Below are positions 60,772 through 64,000 of a stretch of DNA of 64,000 nt, piece after piece. The notes below the pieces were generated by a model. The model searched no databases. It worked only from the letters and a program-made list of their open reading frames with translations, and had not been told where the DNA came from. This stretch comes from a virus: positions 37,734 to 101,733 of the IMG/VR virus record IMGVR_UViG_3300009156_000026; one strand, written 5' to 3'. The translations under genes and the position numbers were made by a program. Positions within the stretch are counted from its first letter, which is position 1; the number at the start of each line of letters is the position of its first letter.

Positions 60772-61119
60772 TCACGCTCCCTCCTCGTCCAGCTTCTTCA
60801 GGTCGCGGCGGGTGGACTCGGCGCTCCGCCCGGCCTCACGGTACGTGATCAGGCAGAAGCCGCCAGCCACCCCGGCGATGAAGCAGGTTGCGCCCAGGAC
60901 CCACGGCTGGTTGGCGTCGAACCAGACCCAGAGCAGGCTCCAGGTGACCGCCCAGATCATCATGATGAGCGCGCGGCGGCGGGTGGCACCCGTCAGCTTG
61001 AGGTGCCGCAGCATCAGGTCGCGGAGCTCCCGTGTGCGCGTCTCGGGCCACGACGGAGACGTCTCCTGGGCGTCTCGGGCGGCGGCGTGGATGGTGCCGT
61101 TGCGACGCTGGCCCGTCAT
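60772..61119 (-). CDS. two-TM membrane protein (115 aa)
   Basis: ALIMMIWAVTWSLLWVWF and WVLGATCFIAGVAGGFCLI hydrophobic segments. Confidence 0.75.
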   Translation of the reverse strand: MTGQRRNGTIHAAARDAQETSPSWPETRTRELRDLMLRHLKLTGATRRRALIMMIWAVTWSLLWVWFDANQPWVLGATCFIAGVAGGFCLITYREAGRSAESTRRDLKKLDEEGA

Positions 61120-61841
61120 GCGTCGTCGTCCCCGACGAGCTCGAAGACCAGCCCGTCGAGCTCGTCGGGCTCACGGGCGTGCTCGACAGACTGGGTAAGC
61201 TGGGTCCCGGTCTCCTGGACCCGCGCCAAGTCTTCCGCGTCCAGCTTCCTGACCGCGTTCAGGGCTACCCGCTGGCGGGCTCCCAGCCGATCGACCTCGG
61301 CCCGGTGTCTGACGTGCTCGTCTCGGAGAGCCTGGGTCGCCTGACGGAGCCGCTCAAGCTGGGTCAGCGTGGGGAGATACACCTCGGTCGCGGTGCGGAC
61401 CCGGTGGACGATCCACGGACGGCGTCCGTACGGCGCGCTGGTGGTGGCGCGGGCGACCTCCTCGGGGACCCGGATCACGAACGGCTCGCCCCGTCGGGGG
61501 TGGTGCTCGATGACGGTGCAGGGGATGACCACGACGAGATCCTCGTCGTCGGCGGCCTGCTCGTCGATCGAGAGCAGGCACGCCTCGACCGGGATCACCA
61601 GGGCGCGGGCCCGGACTCGGGCGACGATCGAGGCGAAGTCGGCAGATCTGAGCTCCGAGGTCGAGCCCTTGCCCTCGACGCCCGAGATCTGGGCCGTGAA
61701 CTGGGCGGTCAGCGGGCGGAAATAGATCGGGACGCCGAGCTCGGTATGCACCAGCACGACGTCGGCCTGGGGGTCGATCGGCAGATCGGTGGCCTCGCCC
61801 GCGTAGGGCTCTGGGTAGTAGGTGTGCGGCTTAGACGACAC
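61116..61841 (-). CDS. hypothetical protein (about 241 aa)
   Basis: GTG at 61841 with GAGGAG RBS, in frame with track ORF 61116-61883. Confidence 0.7.
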   Translation of the reverse strand: MSSKPHTYYPEPYAGEATDLPIDPQADVVLVHTELGVPIYFRPLTAQFTAQISGVEGKGSTSELRSADFASIVARVRARALVIPVEACLLSIDEQAADDEDLVVVIPCTVIEHHPRRGEPFVIRVPEEVARATTSAPYGRRPWIVHRVRTATEVYLPTLTQLERLRQATQALRDEHVRHRAEVDRLGARQRVALNAVRKLDAEDLARVQETGTQLTQSVEHAREPDELDGLVFELVGDDDA

Positions 61842-62199
61842 TGTCGGGGGTCTCCTCTGGTGGGGGTGGTGGTGGGTCCCCATGACGGTCGCCCGAAGGG
61901 CACCCGACCGTCATGGGATCCCGTGGCGGCGGCTGATGCCTCAGGATGAGCGCCTCGATCCTGAGGTAGATGGTGACCGCACGGCGATGTTTGCACGGCT
62001 CGCCCTGGCTGTAGGTCGACCAGGGGCAGGTACAGGAGATGCGGCTGACGGTGTAGGTCGTGCCGCCCGAGGCCGGCAGCCGCCAGAGATGCGCGCCCGT
62101 GGGACCCACAAACGGCTCCCAGGACTCGCAGCCACCCAGCACCTCCAGCACCGACTCGGCCGAGGCTGGGGTCCGGGGAGGCCGCGCCCGCGTGCTCAC
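61831..62199 (-). CDS. SWIM zinc-finger protein (122 aa)
   Basis: YTV...CTCP...PCKHRRAV (CxC...CxH). Confidence 0.8.
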   Translation of the reverse strand: MSTRARPPRTPASAESVLEVLGGCESWEPFVGPTGAHLWRLPASGGTTYTVSRISCTCPWSTYSQGEPCKHRRAVTIYLRIEALILRHQPPPRDPMTVGCPSGDRHGDPPPPPPEETPDSVV

Positions 62200-62516
62200 G
62201 TCACGCCAAGCTGCTTGAAGGCGGCGAGCAGCCGTTCCTGGGTCTCGGGGTCGCTCGGCTCGGCCTCGTCGATCACGACGTCAGCGACCCGGCGGAGCTT
62301 CAGCGGGATCCGCACGCCGGGCCGGGCCACCAGGACGATCGGCTTCTCGTAGAGCAGCATCATCCCGAGCGAGGTCGCGAACTGGACCTCCTGGGCGCCG
62401 CCACTCCCCTGCTCGTAGAGGGCCAGGAACACCCTCGACGACAGAAGCTGGGGCATCACCCGAGCGCGGAACCGCTCGCTGTAGTCGGCCCAGGCGCGGT
62501 CCTGTCTGGTCGGCAT
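62196..62516 (-). CDS. nucleoside 2-deoxyribosyltransferase-like / Rossmannoid small protein (106 aa)
   Basis: SLGMMLLYEKPIVLV...LRRVAD resembles the G.A...KP motif of NDT-like proteins; the usual catalytic Glu is not evident. Confidence 0.5.
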   Translation of the reverse strand: MPTRQDRAWADYSERFRARVMPQLLSSRVFLALYEQGSGGAQEVQFATSLGMMLLYEKPIVLVARPGVRIPLKLRRVADVVIDEAEPSDPETQERLLAAFKQLGVT

Positions 62517-62640
62517 CCTGCCCACCCTTCTGTCGAGCCCGGAGTCTGAAGCTGCGCCACTTGACGTCGGTGACGGCGTACGTCGCCGCCAGGAAGAAGA
62601 CCGCGATGAGCAGCAGGATCGCTGCGTCCTCACGGCTCAT
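62281..62640 (-). CDS. possible small membrane peptide (only the N-terminal part looks real)
   Basis: ATGA overlap and hydrophobic AAILLLIAVFFLAATYAV; the rest overlaps the next gene and looks like shadow sequence. Confidence 0.3.
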   Translation of the reverse strand: MSREDAAILLLIAVFFLAATYAVTDVKWRSFRLRARQKGGQDADQTGPRLGRLQRAVPRSGDAPASVVEGVPGPLRAGEWRRPGGPVRDLARDDAALREADRPGGPARRADPAEAPPGR

Positions 62641-63167
62641 AGGCGCTCGCCCTCCTGGGGATGCTGCCCGCTCCCAGCAAGCGCTGCGACCAGCGCGTCG
62701 TCCATGTACAGCGGCTCACGGCCCGTCGCATCGAGCCGCCGATCGTGCTCGGCTCGGGCCAGACACGGCTCACACTGCCGGCAGTCGCCCGGGAACCACA
62801 GGAGCGGGTTCGTTCTGTCGATCGGGATCTTCTCCGGGTTGTGGCACGGCTTCGTGCTGGGTCCCGAGTCCTCGGTCTCGAACAAGATCTCAACGGGCCC
62901 GCCCGCAAGGTCGGTCGCCTGGGCCTCATGGAACCAGTCCGGAAGCTGGACGAGCTCCTCGTCCGAGACGGCCCGATGCATGCAGACCGTGACGTTCATC
63001 CGGAAAATTCTCTCGCGGGAGGCATCTCCAGCCGGGCCCAGGCAGCGTCGCAGCAACGCCCAGGATTCAGCCATCGTCTGCGACGTCCAGAGCGGCGTCG
63101 CCAGCCTACCACCTCGGAGGGGAGATTGCCTGCTGATGGAGACGAGCCACACGGGCCGTCCACGCAT
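62637..63167 (-). CDS. hypothetical Cys-containing protein (176 aa)
   Basis: C...CH...CRQCEPC; coupled to neighbours. Confidence 0.7.
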   Translation of the reverse strand: MRGRPVWLVSISRQSPLRGGRLATPLWTSQTMAESWALLRRCLGPAGDASRERIFRMNVTVCMHRAVSDEELVQLPDWFHEAQATDLAGGPVEILFETEDSGPSTKPCHNPEKIPIDRTNPLLWFPGDCRQCEPCLARAEHDRRLDATGREPLYMDDALVAALAGSGQHPQEGERL

Positions 63168-63176
63168 GGCGTCACT

Positions 63177-63314
63177 TCACTTGTTGAGACTGAGTCCGAT
63201 AAGGATGCCACCAGGGAGCTCGACATCGGGCAGCACGAAGCGGTCGGCGCGGGTCAGCGGGTGGGCCATAGCCTGGGCCCGCATCTGGGCGAACTGGCGA
63301 TCAAGGCGACTCAT
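63177..63314 (-). CDS. small hypothetical protein (45 aa; not in the ORF track)
   Basis: GAGGAG RBS, ATG at 63314, MSRLDRQFAQMRAQAM...LSLNK*. Confidence 0.55.
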   Translation of the reverse strand: MSRLDRQFAQMRAQAMAHPLTRADRFVLPDVELPGGILIGLSLNK

Positions 63315-63990
63315 CAGGTGCTCCTCTCTGAGCCAAGTGCTCCTGGAGTCGGGCGCCCAGGTAGCGAGTGTAGGCCGGCGGCACGGCCTGACTGAGCTCC
63401 TCTCGTGTCATCCAGTCCAGGCCGCCCATGGCTTGGTGCTGGATGCTGAGCGGGATGCGGCGAACGCCGATCTCGACCGTCGATCGGAGGTTGGTGCGGT
63501 TGGTGGCCTGGGGGAAGCGCGGCCGTTGCCATGCATGGTTGCAGGGCGGCGCCACTGTTGGCCAGCTTGTCTCGAACCAGCGGTGCCGCCTGACGTCGAG
63601 GTCGAACGCCGATCCACACAACTGGATCGGGTCACGCAGCGGAGATCTCGGCACGTTCTCGATGATGTAGGGCAGGCCCAGCGCCAGCAGGGTCTCTCTG
63701 AGCGGGCCGATCAGGTCCGGGTAGCCCTCGCCCACCCCCTGGCCACGGCGGCGGTAGGCCGACCACGTCTGGCAGGGCGGCGAGGCGTGGACGGCCGCTG
63801 GACGCGGCAGCGCGCCCGAGGCGATCTCGGTCAGGATCTCCCGCACGTCGGCCAGGAAGAAGCGGGCGCCGGGGTAGCGGGGCTGCGGGACGATGTCGAC
63901 GCCCCAGACCTCAAATCCAGCGTCCATGTAGCCACGGGCCGCCCCGCCAGCCCCGCAGCAGCCGTCCAACAGGAGTGGTGGGCTAGCCAT
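63301..63990 (-). CDS. DNA cytosine-5 methyltransferase, short phage type (229 aa)
   Basis: Motif I LDGCCGAGG, motif IV HASPPCQ, motif VI IIENV, motif VIII RRHRWFE, motif X SQAVPP. Confidence 0.9.
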   Translation of the reverse strand: MASPPLLLDGCCGAGGAARGYMDAGFEVWGVDIVPQPRYPGARFFLADVREILTEIASGALPRPAAVHASPPCQTWSAYRRRGQGVGEGYPDLIGPLRETLLALGLPYIIENVPRSPLRDPIQLCGSAFDLDVRRHRWFETSWPTVAPPCNHAWQRPRFPQATNRTNLRSTVEIGVRRIPLSIQHQAMGGLDWMTREELSQAVPPAYTRYLGARLQEHLAQRGAPDESP

Positions 63991-64000
63991 CAGCGGGTCC

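Noticed and set aside
1-64000. tRNA, rRNA, integrase or att sites, tape measure gene, canonical CRISPR-Cas
   Set aside because: No supporting motifs or cloverleaf structures seen by eye; the lifestyle (temperate or lytic) cannot be determined from this window.

Overview
The window is a large piece of a high-GC (roughly 70% by eye) tailed dsDNA phage genome with podovirus-like organisation. No tape measure, integrase, rRNA, tRNA or CRISPR array was seen. The + strand (1-54304) carries the packaging, virion and lysis operon: HGGxSTG-like small terminase, large terminase, putative portal, several Pro/Gly/Gln-rich internal proteins, a 6325-aa polyvalent protein, Com-like Zn finger, scaffold, N4-gp56-type major capsid protein, adaptor/nozzle/fibre genes, holin-like gene, C39+GH25 endolysin and several partly degenerate hydrolases. 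An HNH gene is inserted antisense in this operon. The - strand (54347-63990) carries early genes: DnaB, two XRE-HTH paralogues, a SWIM protein, a short C5 DNA methyltransferase and hypotheticals. Top finding: a stand-alone Cas7/RAMP-like gene (58595-59581) whose 5' leader is a ~220-nt array with 5-nt GG-anchored periodicity, flanked by two apparently paralogous genes. This resembles a CRISPR-less VIPR-like RNA-guided module, but the GG phase is antisense to the gene. Second finding: three small RBS-bearing genes overprinted in the +1 frame inside the giant ORF, each stopping at a recurring GPSAM-type module delimiter. All domain calls are motif recognition by eye; no searches were run.
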